Source: a virus. From it: a DNA stretch of 64,000 nucleotides. The position numbers and the translations under genes are program-made. Location of the stretch: positions 7,903 through 71,902 of the IMG/VR virus record IMGVR_UViG_3300026076_000113; one strand, written 5' to 3'. Positions 10,491 through 19,939 of this stretch are shown in pieces (within the stretch, counting starts at the first letter, position 1; each line of letters opens with the position of its first letter). The notes under the pieces were generated by a model that saw only the letters and a list, made by a program, of their open reading frames with translations, ran no database searches and had not been told where the DNA came from.

Positions 10491-11314
10491 TGAAAATTCT
10501 TACTGGATGCAATGGGTTCATTGGAAAGAAATTTGCTGACAAGCTTGATGGAAAGTTCATTGGGTTTGAAATAGGCAACGCCTTTCAGTTACTAGACAAC
10601 ATGCCTGTCTGGGATCAGATAGATGAAATCATCCACATGGGAGCAATATCCTCCACAACAGAAACTGATATTGGAAAGATTACAATATACAATACTGAGT
10701 TTTCTATTAAACTATTCAAGAAAGCAATTGAACTAGGTATACCAGTCAAGTATGCTAGTTCAGCATCTGTGTATGGAAACTCAGCAGGTAGTATAAATCC
10801 TTTGAATTACTATGCTATATCAAAAGTACAAGTAGACTACTGGGTACAAGATAATATTGATAAGTTTAAATCCATTCAGGGATTTAGATTCTTTAATGTA
10901 TATGGGGAAGGTGAAGAACATAAAGGAAACCAACGCAGTCCTATCAGCAAATTTGTTTCTGAAGCAAAGATGACAGGTAAGATTAAGATATTTAAACACT
11001 CTGAGAAAATGGTCAGAGACTTTATATACGTTGGTGATGTAGTTGATCGTGTACTTGATAACACATTGGACTCAGGAATATATGATCTGGGAACAGGACA
11101 TCCACATTCCTTTAGAGATATTGCTGAAATTGTTTCACAAAAATATAATGCAAAGATAGAAGAGATAGACTTCCCAGTACACTTACAAGGAAAGTATCAA
11201 TTCTATACATGTGCAGATATGTTCTGGAGTCAGAACTATGAGTTTACTAATGTAGAGGAATATATCAATCGCCCCGAACCACCCGATACGAGTCTTCTTC
11301 AAAGTGTTCGGTAG
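10490..11314 (+). CDS. hldD: ADP-L-glycero-D-manno-heptose 6-epimerase-like NAD-dependent epimerase
   Basis: TGCNGFIG Rossmann motif, HMGAISSTTE, YASSASVYG, PLNYYAISK (YxxxK), RFFNVYG.GE.HKG, RDFIYVGD, GKYQFYTCAD. Confidence 0.9.
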   Translation: MKILTGCNGFIGKKFADKLDGKFIGFEIGNAFQLLDNMPVWDQIDEIIHMGAISSTTETDIGKITIYNTEFSIKLFKKAIELGIPVKYASSASVYGNSAGSINPLNYYAISKVQVDYWVQDNIDKFKSIQGFRFFNVYGEGEEHKGNQRSPISKFVSEAKMTGKIKIFKHSEKMVRDFIYVGDVVDRVLDNTLDSGIYDLGTGHPHSFRDIAEIVSQKYNAKIEEIDFPVHLQGKYQFYTCADMFWSQNYEFTNVEEYINRPEPPDTSLLQSVR

Positions 11315-11606
11315 AAAATTCAAATAGTTCTACGTCTGTGATGCCTTCCATCATATGTCTAAGACCAGGAGGTATGTAAAACTTATCTCCTGGTTTTAAT
11401 ATTATTGTGTCTGCGTCTATAAAATCATCCCTATAACCATAGGTCATCTTTAGTTCACCACTCTGAACATAGAATGTCTCATCTTTAATCTTGTGGTAGT
11501 GATAGGAACACTTCTTACCTTTATTAAAAAACAGAAGTTTTCCACAATACTTTTCAGTATTGCAGATCCACTTCTCATATCCCCATCCTTTTTGAACTAT
11601 TTTCAT
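11265..11606 (-). CDS. Cupin-fold protein, mannose-6-phosphate-isomerase-like
   Basis: KGWGYE.W...YCGK.L...G...S.HYH..KDETFYV.SG and PG.RH cupin metal motifs. Confidence 0.8.
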   Translation of the reverse strand: MKIVQKGWGYEKWICNTEKYCGKLLFFNKGKKCSYHYHKIKDETFYVQSGELKMTYGYRDDFIDADTIILKPGDKFYIPPGLRHMMEGITDVELFEFSTEHFEEDSYRVVRGD

Positions 11607-11974
11607 TCTGTTACAACTTGAAAATCACTTTTCCCTGTAAGCCACCACTCATAGTTTCCACCAAAGAAATCATCACATTGAATTCCTTTGTCATCTACAA
11701 AGTAATCTGCATGCAACTTACCCATATGTAGTTCATCAAATTTAACTCCCCAATCAGTTAACTGTTTAAAAGTTAGATCATAGAATGCTTCATGTGCTTT
11801 GATGGGATCGTTATTAAATCTACCCATACCTCTAGCGGTGTGGAAGATAATTTTGTTACCACCACTCCTCAATTTATTTAATTGTTCGATGCGTCGTTGC
11901 TTAGGGACAGATTTTTCATACTCCCCATTTGTGGTTTCTGCGATAGTACCATCAATATCAATTACGTAAATCAT
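11603..11974 (-). CDS. Minimal HAD-superfamily phosphatase
   Basis: Motif I DIDGT, motif II HTARG, motifs III/IV GK..ADYFVDDK. Confidence 0.85.
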   Translation of the reverse strand: MIYVIDIDGTIAETTNGEYEKSVPKQRRIEQLNKLRSGGNKIIFHTARGMGRFNNDPIKAHEAFYDLTFKQLTDWGVKFDELHMGKLHADYFVDDKGIQCDDFFGGNYEWWLTGKSDFQVVTE

Positions 11975-12797
11975 TTATATCATCTCCTGTAAGAACATAT
12001 GTACCTTGATTTTGTACTGCTATGGCAGCAGCCTTGTTAGCATACGGTATAGCTTTCTCTATTTTACCATACTCTAGGTAAAAGTAAACTAAAGCAGTTA
12101 GGAAAGTATCACCTGCTCCAGCAACATCGAAGCAAGGAACCTTTTCACCAGGATATATCTTTCCTTTATACTCAGCACCAGCACTACCTTTAGTAACAAT
12201 TTTGTTTCTGTAAATACCTTTCAACTTAGAATCTTCTAATTCATTGATCTTAATGAAGCATCCTTTCTTAGGTAGTTTACTTTTTTTACTGTCTATGAAT
12301 ACAGGACCATTAAATTCTTCTACCATTTTAAATATAGTTTCTGTATCTAAGAATCCTTTATCATAATCAGATATGATCATGGCATCAAATGGATCACCTA
12401 TTGCTTCTGTATGTACACTACCACTGGGATAGTTAGTACCAGTTGGTAACTCCCATCCATAGTCAGCAACCTCATCATTTTCATCCATCCTCATCAATTG
12501 TTGATTAGACCTTTCATCTACAAACCTAGTCTTTACTGGTTTTAATTCATTAGTCATAAGATATACATTAACACCAAATGACAAGAGGTTTTGTCTTACG
12601 TTACTTGCCATTCCTTCTGCTGTTTCAGTGCGAATGTATTCCATTACTGGTACAGGTGCTTCAGGACTTAACCTAGTACACTTACCGTAAACATATTTGT
12701 CTATACAAGTCTCACCTATAACGATGACCTTGTATTGTCTTTGTTGTGGAATATTCTCCGATCCTATCAAAGAACTCAACTTTTTTTGCATACTCAC
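11958..12797 (-). CDS. PfkB/ribokinase-family heptose-7-phosphate kinase (RfaE/HldE domain I, HldA-like); start may be the ATG at 12791
   Basis: IGE..ID.YVYG...RLSPEAPVPV, SDYDKG, DVAGAGDTF signature. Confidence 0.9.
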   Translation of the reverse strand: MSMQKKLSSLIGSENIPQQRQYKVIVIGETCIDKYVYGKCTRLSPEAPVPVMEYIRTETAEGMASNVRQNLLSFGVNVYLMTNELKPVKTRFVDERSNQQLMRMDENDEVADYGWELPTGTNYPSGSVHTEAIGDPFDAMIISDYDKGFLDTETIFKMVEEFNGPVFIDSKKSKLPKKGCFIKINELEDSKLKGIYRNKIVTKGSAGAEYKGKIYPGEKVPCFDVAGAGDTFLTALVYFYLEYGKIEKAIPYANKAAAIAVQNQGTYVLTGDDINDLRN

Positions 12798-13107
12798 GTC
12801 CTACTACGTCTCCGTTTTTCCAGTCAGATCCTACTACTAGTATATCAGGGTTTATGGTTTTTATCAAATCTTCAAGCTCTTGTCTTGAATCGAAAGTATG
12901 GATTACATCCACAGCCTTCAAAGAACGCAATTGATATTCTCTATCTTCCAATGGGTAGATAGGTCTATCTGGTCCTTTATCTGCTCTGACCTTTCGGTCA
13001 GTATCGATACCCACTATAAGCATAGTCCCTAGAGACTTAGCATAGTTTAGTAGTTCAAAATGTCCTCTATGAAGGACATCAAAACATCCATTAACCCATA
13101 TGATCAT
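12712..13107 (-). CDS. Heptose-1-phosphate nucleotidyltransferase (RfaE/HldE domain II, HldC-like)
   Basis: NGCFDVLHRGH (HxGH), KGPDRPI, PDILVVGSDW, YSTT motifs. Confidence 0.9.
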   Translation of the reverse strand: MIIWVNGCFDVLHRGHFELLNYAKSLGTMLIVGIDTDRKVRADKGPDRPIYPLEDREYQLRSLKAVDVIHTFDSRQELEDLIKTINPDILVVGSDWKNGDVVGREYAKKVEFFDRIGEYSTTKTIQGHRYR

Positions 13108-13739
13108 TTGTACATTTCATAAAGAGATCCATGCATCTGATTTGGATGCTGATTTTGTTTTAGATGCGGTGCATTAATATCAGCACAGAAGAAAGCAGTT
13201 ACGATATGCTTTGAATCAGGAGATGAATTACCTTGATGTGAATACAACTGATTGCAAGGGAACATTAAGAGTTTACCTTGTTCAGGAGTACATTTATAAC
13301 CCAACTCTGGAAACTCAGTTTCCCCACCCTGTCTACAATCATCTAAGTATAGTATCATAGCATACAACCTAGACAACAGCAAAGGATCCATTGGAGATAT
13401 ATCAATGTGCTCTCTCATATGACCTTCGTTTGCTGGATAGCATCTGATTGCATGGTCATAAGAAACAAGAGGTGCTCTCCAAAGAAGTTTATCTTTAGCA
13501 CCCCATTTATAGAACTCTCTAATAGCACGATCAGTTTCGTGTGCCAACTGACACCAGAAGTCCAAACCTACTACAGGATATACCTGCTTACATTTTTTAT
13601 GTTTTGTATCAACCTCTCCAACACCTACAGCACCTTCTTCATGGAATCGTGTGTTGTGCCAGAACCAATCTTTCCATGCTTCACAATCTTCTGCTGGTAA
13701 GAATCCTTTCTTTTCGAATATAAGATCTGTTAGTTTCAT
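13104..13739 (-). CDS. 2OG-Fe(II) oxygenase, prolyl-4-hydroxylase-like
   Basis: HID (HxD), ILYLDD..GGETEF, P.QGKLLMFP, distal H (SHQG) and K. Confidence 0.88.
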   Translation of the reverse strand: MKLTDLIFEKKGFLPAEDCEAWKDWFWHNTRFHEEGAVGVGEVDTKHKKCKQVYPVVGLDFWCQLAHETDRAIREFYKWGAKDKLLWRAPLVSYDHAIRCYPANEGHMREHIDISPMDPLLLSRLYAMILYLDDCRQGGETEFPELGYKCTPEQGKLLMFPCNQLYSHQGNSSPDSKHIVTAFFCADINAPHLKQNQHPNQMHGSLYEMYK

Positions 13740-15445
13740 AGTATTTGTTTAAGTTCTCTTTTGCTGTATCGTTTAACTGTAGGTTCAATAGTATCTGGAA
13801 TAAATATGAGTTCTGATTTTTCTGGTAAGTACAGATAACAGATCTCACTTTCTCTCATAGTTTGTAATGCATCATCTATAGTTTCTACTATAGTATCACC
13901 AGCTAGATTGAAAGATGTATTGAACAATATAGGTATACCTGTTAATTCATAGAATGCCTCTATTAATTTATAGTAGTTTGGATTCTGATCTTCTGTGAGG
14001 GTTTGAATCCTACATGTACCATCAACATGAGTTATAGAAGGTATCTTTTCTATTACAGATTTCAACACATCTACAGCATACATCATGAATGGTGATTCAT
14101 ATAATCGATCCATATTAAACCACTCATGTGCATGGTCAGCAAGTACAGTTCCAGCAAAGGGTCTCCAATGCTCTCGCTTCTTTACTTTATTAACTACATC
14201 CTTACCATTTGGATCACGAGGATCATATAGTATAGAACGATTACCTAAAGCACGAGGACCATTCTCAGACCTACCTTGACAGATAGCAACTACGTTACCT
14301 TCACTGATTAGTTCAGCAACTCTTGGAGGTGTAACCTCACATACTCTAAACTCACCTTCCTTTAATTCATAATCATATTTGATAGACTGTCCAAGATATA
14401 CATTATCTAATTTTTTAATTTTCTTTTTCCTAAACAACTTAGGACACTCTCTCGCATATGTTATATACGCTGCACCCATAGCAGTACCACAATCACTAGA
14501 CATAGGTTCAACATATAGATTGACATCCTCTGGCAATCTTTGTAACAGTCTATAGTTACCAACACAGTTTAAAGCACACCCACCAGTAAAGATAATATTA
14601 TTACATCCAGTTAAGTGGAGTGTATCCATAACTCTATGGTATACATAATCTTCAAAATCTTTTTGAAGAGCATATGCTAGATCTGCATGTCTGTAAAACT
14701 TATCATCTTCATCTTTAGAATATGATATGTAATCATAAGGACGTGTTCTAACCATCACATTCTTATGCTCATTATAATCTGCTAAAGCAAATAGATCCTC
14801 ATTACCTCCAGCATCAGATATCATTTGTTTTATTCTATCATTGGGTTTCCCATATGAAGAGAGACCCATAGTTTTACCACATTCTAAACTATCCCATCCC
14901 ATAAATTCTGTAATACCAGAATAAACAAATCCAGTACCAATACTTTTTACCTTCTCTACAAATGGTGGTGCGTTTTCAACTTTCTGATTTGAATATCCAA
15001 TAATCTTTTGACTTAAACATGTTGCTGCATTAGGATCTTCATTGAAATAGAAGATACTCTCATGTTCCTTACCCCACTCATGATCAGCACCAGCACCATC
15101 TATTACAAGGATACCTGCTTTATCAAATCCTGAATTATAGAACGCACAAGAGGCATGTAGAGAATGGTGGTAATCCTTTGCTTCTACATACCTCTTGACT
15201 CTGATCCCTATCTTTTTAATGTATTTAAAGTAAGGTCCAAAATCACATTTGGTATTGTATAGATGTGTGTAAGCACATAGATCAATTTCCTTAGTGAATT
15301 CAGCTACTTTATCCAGAGCATTGAATACTTCTCTGTCATATTTGACATGTGTTAATCGTTCTTCCTGTAAGGACAACACTACCTCATTGTCTTTCATAAG
15401 ACATACAGCAGCATCATGAGATCTATTAACACCAAGTATCCACAT
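13736..15445 (-). CDS. O-carbamoyltransferase, NodU/CmcH/TobZ family (copy 2)
   Basis: HDAA..EERL, HHSLHA, DGAG, GKTMGLSSYG, GGCALNC, SENGPRALGNRSIL, KKREHWRPFA, HVDGTCRIQT, NTSFNL. Confidence 0.95.
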   Translation of the reverse strand: MWILGVNRSHDAAVCLMKDNEVVLSLQEERLTHVKYDREVFNALDKVAEFTKEIDLCAYTHLYNTKCDFGPYFKYIKKIGIRVKRYVEAKDYHHSLHASCAFYNSGFDKAGILVIDGAGADHEWGKEHESIFYFNEDPNAATCLSQKIIGYSNQKVENAPPFVEKVKSIGTGFVYSGITEFMGWDSLECGKTMGLSSYGKPNDRIKQMISDAGGNEDLFALADYNEHKNVMVRTRPYDYISYSKDEDDKFYRHADLAYALQKDFEDYVYHRVMDTLHLTGCNNIIFTGGCALNCVGNYRLLQRLPEDVNLYVEPMSSDCGTAMGAAYITYARECPKLFRKKKIKKLDNVYLGQSIKYDYELKEGEFRVCEVTPPRVAELISEGNVVAICQGRSENGPRALGNRSILYDPRDPNGKDVVNKVKKREHWRPFAGTVLADHAHEWFNMDRLYESPFMMYAVDVLKSVIEKIPSITHVDGTCRIQTLTEDQNPNYYKLIEAFYELTGIPILFNTSFNLAGDTIVETIDDALQTMRESEICYLYLPEKSELIFIPDTIEPTVKRYSKRELKQIL

Positions 15446-15447
15446 AA

Positions 15448-16089
15448 TTAAACAGGGTTAAAATTTATATTCAATACAATACGTTCGGTTGTGCTCTCTG
15501 GATAGCGAGAGGCATGATATCTTCGACCATCAAATAAAACTAATCTACCTGCTTTAGGTTTCACAGTTTTAGCAACGGTAAAGAGACTGGGGTCATACCC
15601 ATTAATGAACCTCTTGATATTAGGATCTAGAAATTCATTAAAGAAATGTGTATCTCCATCACTATCATTAAGATAATAGATTGCTGTGTACTTCAATCCA
15701 TCACCTTGATAATCAACATGTGGTACATGATGAGGTTGTCGGTTCTTGTTCAATGTAAAGAGACCCAATCTTAATTGAACAAGATCCTTGATAGTCATAT
15801 TAATCTTTTCTTCCATTGAGTATAAAAGAGGAACGAAGATATCATACCACTCAGATTCCTTACCCTCTTTTCCCCAAAGGATGTGCATAAACCCAGTAAA
15901 CGAAGCATCCTCAACATCTAACTTAGAGTCATTAAGTTTGTTCTGTTCCCAGTACCACAAAGGTGATGTTATATCACGATTGAAGAACCATGGAAACTTA
16001 GAATCCATAACGGATTGTTTCAGATGCTCCTGATACCTAGCATTAACTACATCATCAATAACTAAGATATCTTCAAAATGATCAGTCAT
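15448..16089 (-). CDS. 2OG-Fe(II) oxygenase
   Basis: PHVD (HxD), IYYLNDSDGDT, PKAGRLVLFDG..YHAS..P....RIVLNINF. Confidence 0.85.
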   Translation of the reverse strand: MTDHFEDILVIDDVVNARYQEHLKQSVMDSKFPWFFNRDITSPLWYWEQNKLNDSKLDVEDASFTGFMHILWGKEGKESEWYDIFVPLLYSMEEKINMTIKDLVQLRLGLFTLNKNRQPHHVPHVDYQGDGLKYTAIYYLNDSDGDTHFFNEFLDPNIKRFINGYDPSLFTVAKTVKPKAGRLVLFDGRRYHASRYPESTTERIVLNINFNPV

Positions 16090-17782
16090 CAGACTTGTTA
16101 GGAACCTTGACTAGTTTTTGAATTTCTGGGAGATACATATACTCTATCTCACTACCTTCTAATGTTTCTATCGCATCATGGATAGTTTCAACAAGAGGTT
16201 CGCCTCCAAGATTGAAACTAGTGTTAAAGAGTATAGGTACATCTGTAATCTTATGGAAAGCATTAATGAGTTTATAGTAATGTTCATTTTGTTCCTCAGT
16301 CACAGTTTGTATACGACAAGTTCCATCAACATGAATTACTGACGGAATCTTCTCCTCAACACCTTCAAGACACTCTACAGCATACATCATGTGTGGTGTT
16401 TCATCCCTTCCTTTTAAATCAAACCACTCATGAACATGTTCTTTCTTAATAGAACATGCAAATGGTCTGAACCATTCTCTGTGCTTAACACCATTAACAA
16501 TATCCTTACCATCCTTAACAGTAGGATCAAATAGGATAGAACGGTTACCTAAAGCACGAGGACCACCTTCTGATCTTCCTTGGAAGATAGTAACAATATT
16601 ACCTCCACGAATGAGTGCAGCAACTGAATCATAATCAGTATCTGTTACATCAAGTCCAGCAATGGCATCCTCATAAGTATTAGGATCATACTGAGGACCA
16701 TAGTAAACAGATGCTTGCTTTCTAGGTTCTTCATTATCAGTAAGTTGATGTAACTTATAAAGTGCTCCACCGATAGATGTACCACCATCATGTGAAATAG
16801 GTTCACAATAGATGTTTAGATCAGGGAAACGATCCCAGTACTTATAGTTTGCAACACAGTTAAGACCATAACCACCACAGACTACAATATTCTTTTCACC
16901 AGTTATCTCAACTGCTTTCTCAATCAACTGACACATACGTTCAGATGTTTCTTCCTGAATCTTATATGCCATATCCTTCTGGATATCTGTATGATCTACA
17001 ATCTCACCCTGTGGGTGCATCTTATAATCTTCCTTCAATATATCAAATCTATTATGATTGATAGTGGCAGCGTTAGGATATGTTGGAACAATCAAATCTC
17101 TATTACCCCATTCACCATTAAAGAATGATGGTAGATCAGCATTAGGTTTACCATATGGTGCAAGACCCATAAGTTTACCTGCTTCAATAGCAGGGAACCC
17201 ACAATACTGTGTTACTGCTTCATACATTTTAGTATGACCAGGATACTCAGTAATGAATGTATTAGGTTCTGGTTCATGGAAACCAATAGGAGCCTTAGTT
17301 CCTACATGCTTATATACTGATTCAAATTCTTCTGGATACTCTGCATGGAAGATAGTTTCAAATTCATACAAGGTATCTGGAACCTCATTCATTTGTAAGA
17401 AACTTCCAGCACCGTCTGCAATAACACATGCAGCAGATTCAAATCCAGAATTGTAGAAACCACATGCAGCATGCATCTCGTGGTGATTCAAATCAATATA
17501 AGTTGTTTCGAATGTCCACTTCTTACGTGCAAGTTTTCTTACAAATCCTTCATACATATGCTCACCAGTCCAATCTAAATTAGGACCAGATCTATGTGTA
17601 TGACATACAACTAGGTGATCAATATGATCAACATACTCAAATGCTTTAAGTATACCTAGCATAGGTGAACCATCATACTTGAATCTAGTAAGACGTTCTT
17701 CTTCAAGATAGAATACTATCTCACCATCCACCATTAAAGTGGTACTACCATTGTGACCACGAGCGACACATAAAATAATCAT
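16082..17782 (-). CDS. O-carbamoyltransferase, NodU/CmcH/TobZ family (copy 1)
   Basis: EEERL.R.K, HHEMHA, DGAG, GKLMGLAPYG, GGYGLNCVAN, DGGTSIG, EGGPRALGNRSIL, REWFRPFA, HVDGTCRIQT, NTSFNLGGEP. Confidence 0.95.
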   Translation of the reverse strand: MIILCVARGHNGSTTLMVDGEIVFYLEEERLTRFKYDGSPMLGILKAFEYVDHIDHLVVCHTHRSGPNLDWTGEHMYEGFVRKLARKKWTFETTYIDLNHHEMHAACGFYNSGFESAACVIADGAGSFLQMNEVPDTLYEFETIFHAEYPEEFESVYKHVGTKAPIGFHEPEPNTFITEYPGHTKMYEAVTQYCGFPAIEAGKLMGLAPYGKPNADLPSFFNGEWGNRDLIVPTYPNAATINHNRFDILKEDYKMHPQGEIVDHTDIQKDMAYKIQEETSERMCQLIEKAVEITGEKNIVVCGGYGLNCVANYKYWDRFPDLNIYCEPISHDGGTSIGGALYKLHQLTDNEEPRKQASVYYGPQYDPNTYEDAIAGLDVTDTDYDSVAALIRGGNIVTIFQGRSEGGPRALGNRSILFDPTVKDGKDIVNGVKHREWFRPFACSIKKEHVHEWFDLKGRDETPHMMYAVECLEGVEEKIPSVIHVDGTCRIQTVTEEQNEHYYKLINAFHKITDVPILFNTSFNLGGEPLVETIHDAIETLEGSEIEYMYLPEIQKLVKVPNKSDD

Positions 17783-17784
17783 AA

Positions 17785-18978
17785 TTAACCTTTACCTTTT
17801 AGTACATCAGCAAACCCAGAAGGAACTTTACTTAAAGGTTTGATATCTCCTTGATCAGCCATTAATGCTGGTATTAGATTTGGATTGTTAGACTTGGTTT
17901 GTTTACCACCACCTAGTTGTGGCATAGGCATTCCTTTACCCGAAGCCATTTGTTTTTTGTATTCTTCCTCCATTGCTAGAGTTTGATCAACTGACATTTG
18001 CATTTCATCAGGCAGTCTGATAACTTGATCAGAAGCTTTATAATACTTCTTCATTAGTTTATCAACTTCTTGCATGATAACAGATTCAACCTTATCATTC
18101 ATTGCCATGATACGGTCATTGATTCGGTTGGTGTATTCATCAATAGTAATACGAATAGGATCGTATACTCTCATACCTTCACCCATATCAAGAACACTAA
18201 ACTTCTTGTCATCTGGGTAACTGATATTTTCTTTGAATGTAGACCCAACAACTACAACTGCTGGTTTGCCAAATGCTTTAGCAATATGTTGTCCTACAGA
18301 ATCACATCCTAAGAATAGATCTGCTGCTTTGATAGCACCAGCAAGTTCCCTTAAAGGTCGTTGTTGTGGATGTGATACAGTATCAGTAAATCCTTCCTTC
18401 TCAAAATCAATTGTTAATTCTGATAGAAGAATAACAGAATATTTTTTCTGTAACTTCTTAATGATACTAATAACATTATTAAATTCGAAACTTCTACCAG
18501 AAGTATCCATGATAATATTACCAGCAGTCTGAACTCCTCTACCAAATGGTTGGAAGACTATGGTTTTCTTTTTCTTAGTTCTTTGACGAACCTCCTCTAC
18601 AATAAAAATTCCAGTGGTTTCTTCTTCTCTAGAAAGTTTAATTGTTGGTGCAGGAAGATCTCTTGGTTCTTTCAAACCATTGATCTCAATATCAAATGCT
18701 TGAGAGAGGTTGCATTTTTGATTATAGTAATGCCAGATTCTATATGGTTCTGGTGTAACTATATCTGTGTGTTTAATCTTGTCTTCGAAAAGATCTTTAT
18801 GCCAGTGATCGTAGCATTTCCTATGTAGAGTAGGGTGACCTTTATAGAAATCTGTACCACCTTCGCAGACAATTACAAAGTCTTCGTCTGGATGGTCTTC
18901 CGCATATTTTTCAAATGCAGGGATAGAGCATAGTACACGTCCAGCTCCACCGTTAATAAAAAACGATTTGGGTCTCAT
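17785..18978 (-). CDS. GT9 (heptosyltransferase-like, GT-B fold) glycosyltransferase
   Basis: C-domain LRELAGAIKAADLFLGCDSVGQHIAKAFGKPAVVVVGST matches the GT9 DS..HxA motif; N-terminal GGAGRVLCSIPA matches the GT9 start except for Arg in place of Asp. Confidence 0.8.
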   Translation of the reverse strand: MRPKSFFINGGAGRVLCSIPAFEKYAEDHPDEDFVIVCEGGTDFYKGHPTLHRKCYDHWHKDLFEDKIKHTDIVTPEPYRIWHYYNQKCNLSQAFDIEINGLKEPRDLPAPTIKLSREEETTGIFIVEEVRQRTKKKKTIVFQPFGRGVQTAGNIIMDTSGRSFEFNNVISIIKKLQKKYSVILLSELTIDFEKEGFTDTVSHPQQRPLRELAGAIKAADLFLGCDSVGQHIAKAFGKPAVVVVGSTFKENISYPDDKKFSVLDMGEGMRVYDPIRITIDEYTNRINDRIMAMNDKVESVIMQEVDKLMKKYYKASDQVIRLPDEMQMSVDQTLAMEEEYKKQMASGKGMPMPQLGGGKQTKSNNPNLIPALMADQGDIKPLSKVPSGFADVLKGKG

Positions 18979-19025
18979 AATATTTTAATATAGAATGATA
19001 TAGAAGATTTATTCAACTTCGCTAC

Positions 19026-19033
19026 TATTTATA
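19026..19033 (-). promoter_or_regulatory. T4-type late promoter TATAAATA for the modification cassette
   Basis: Exact match between the terminator and the GT9 start. Confidence 0.8.
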
Positions 19034-19038
19034 CGCAT

Positions 19039-19066
19039 AAAAAAGGACGGATATTACTCCGTCCTT
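19039..19066 (-). terminator. Rho-independent terminator
   Basis: Minus strand AAGGACGGA-GTAATA-TCCGTCCTT followed by TTTT, 22 nt after the 19089 stop. Confidence 0.85.
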
Positions 19067-19088
19067 CCGATCCATCTCGAACTTTGTT

Positions 19089-19916
19089 TTACCAACCGTC
19101 AACTGATTTTACTGCTTCAGGTGAAGGTGTATCAGAGGACTTGGTTAATCCTGTTGCTGCATCGATCAACTCATCGTAGTCACTAACACGATAATCATAT
19201 CCATCGATCCAAGGAGTACGAGGATCATCAGGGAATGGAATCATGTGTGGTCCCCAACCATCAGCAGCAGGGAACTTGGTATAAAGACCGTTGAGTTCTC
19301 CAATGAATGCTTGGAGAGCAGCTCTTTGCTGATCAGTAAGGTTACCCTGACCACCATTCTCAGTTGCTTCTGCATCTAAGTTTGCTTGTGCGTCTGCTAC
19401 TAGACCATCACGTGCTGCTATATGCTGCTCCATTGTGATCCAAGGTTTGAACCAAGGAAGAGGAGACTTCCATGCACCACCAGCAACGTCATACTCGATC
19501 TCATCACCAGCATAGGCATGATCAGGTGAAACAGGATCTGGACGCTCATAGTATACGGTATCGTCACCAGAAATCTTATATTCTTTCTGAGTATAACCAG
19601 ATGCTTTACCTGTATCTTTAGGGAACAGGATAGCACCAATGATTGCTTCCTCATCAGTAGGAGAGTTCATGTCGATCTGAACTGCAATCTGGTCAATACC
19701 AGCACGTACGTTAGCATGCTCAATATCGTCTGTATTAGGTTGTCTATTGAAACCTATACATGATTGAGAGATTTGAAGTTTGCCACTTGCTTTGTCTACA
19801 AAAACAAAGAGCCATCGTGGTCCTTCATAAGTCCAACTAGAAGTCAGTCCATCGTTGTCTGTCTGAGCCAAATAGTCATCAGGCAACTTATATGTAAATG
19901 TTTTTGAAAAAGCCAT
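19089..19916 (-). CDS. Putative tail-fibre assembly chaperone (275 aa)
   Basis: C-terminal AARDGLVADA...LTDQQRAALQAFIGELNGL...WGPHMIPFPDDP parallels the R..LL...(W)..Y...LRDLP...WP..P tail-assembly-chaperone pattern; follows fibre-tip genes. Confidence 0.55.
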   Translation of the reverse strand: MAFSKTFTYKLPDDYLAQTDNDGLTSSWTYEGPRWLFVFVDKASGKLQISQSCIGFNRQPNTDDIEHANVRAGIDQIAVQIDMNSPTDEEAIIGAILFPKDTGKASGYTQKEYKISGDDTVYYERPDPVSPDHAYAGDEIEYDVAGGAWKSPLPWFKPWITMEQHIAARDGLVADAQANLDAEATENGGQGNLTDQQRAALQAFIGELNGLYTKFPAADGWGPHMIPFPDDPRTPWIDGYDYRVSDYDELIDAATGLTKSSDTPSPEAVKSVDGW

Positions 19917-19939
19917 AACCTTTGATACCTATACCTTGT

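Noticed and set aside
12712-12797. A7 run in the 86-nt overlap of the nucleotidyltransferase and kinase genes as a frameshift making an HldE-like fusion
   Set aside because: The kinase is in the +1 frame rather than -1, a shift there would remove the conserved YSTT end of the transferase, and an in-frame ATG at 12791 gives a simple start.
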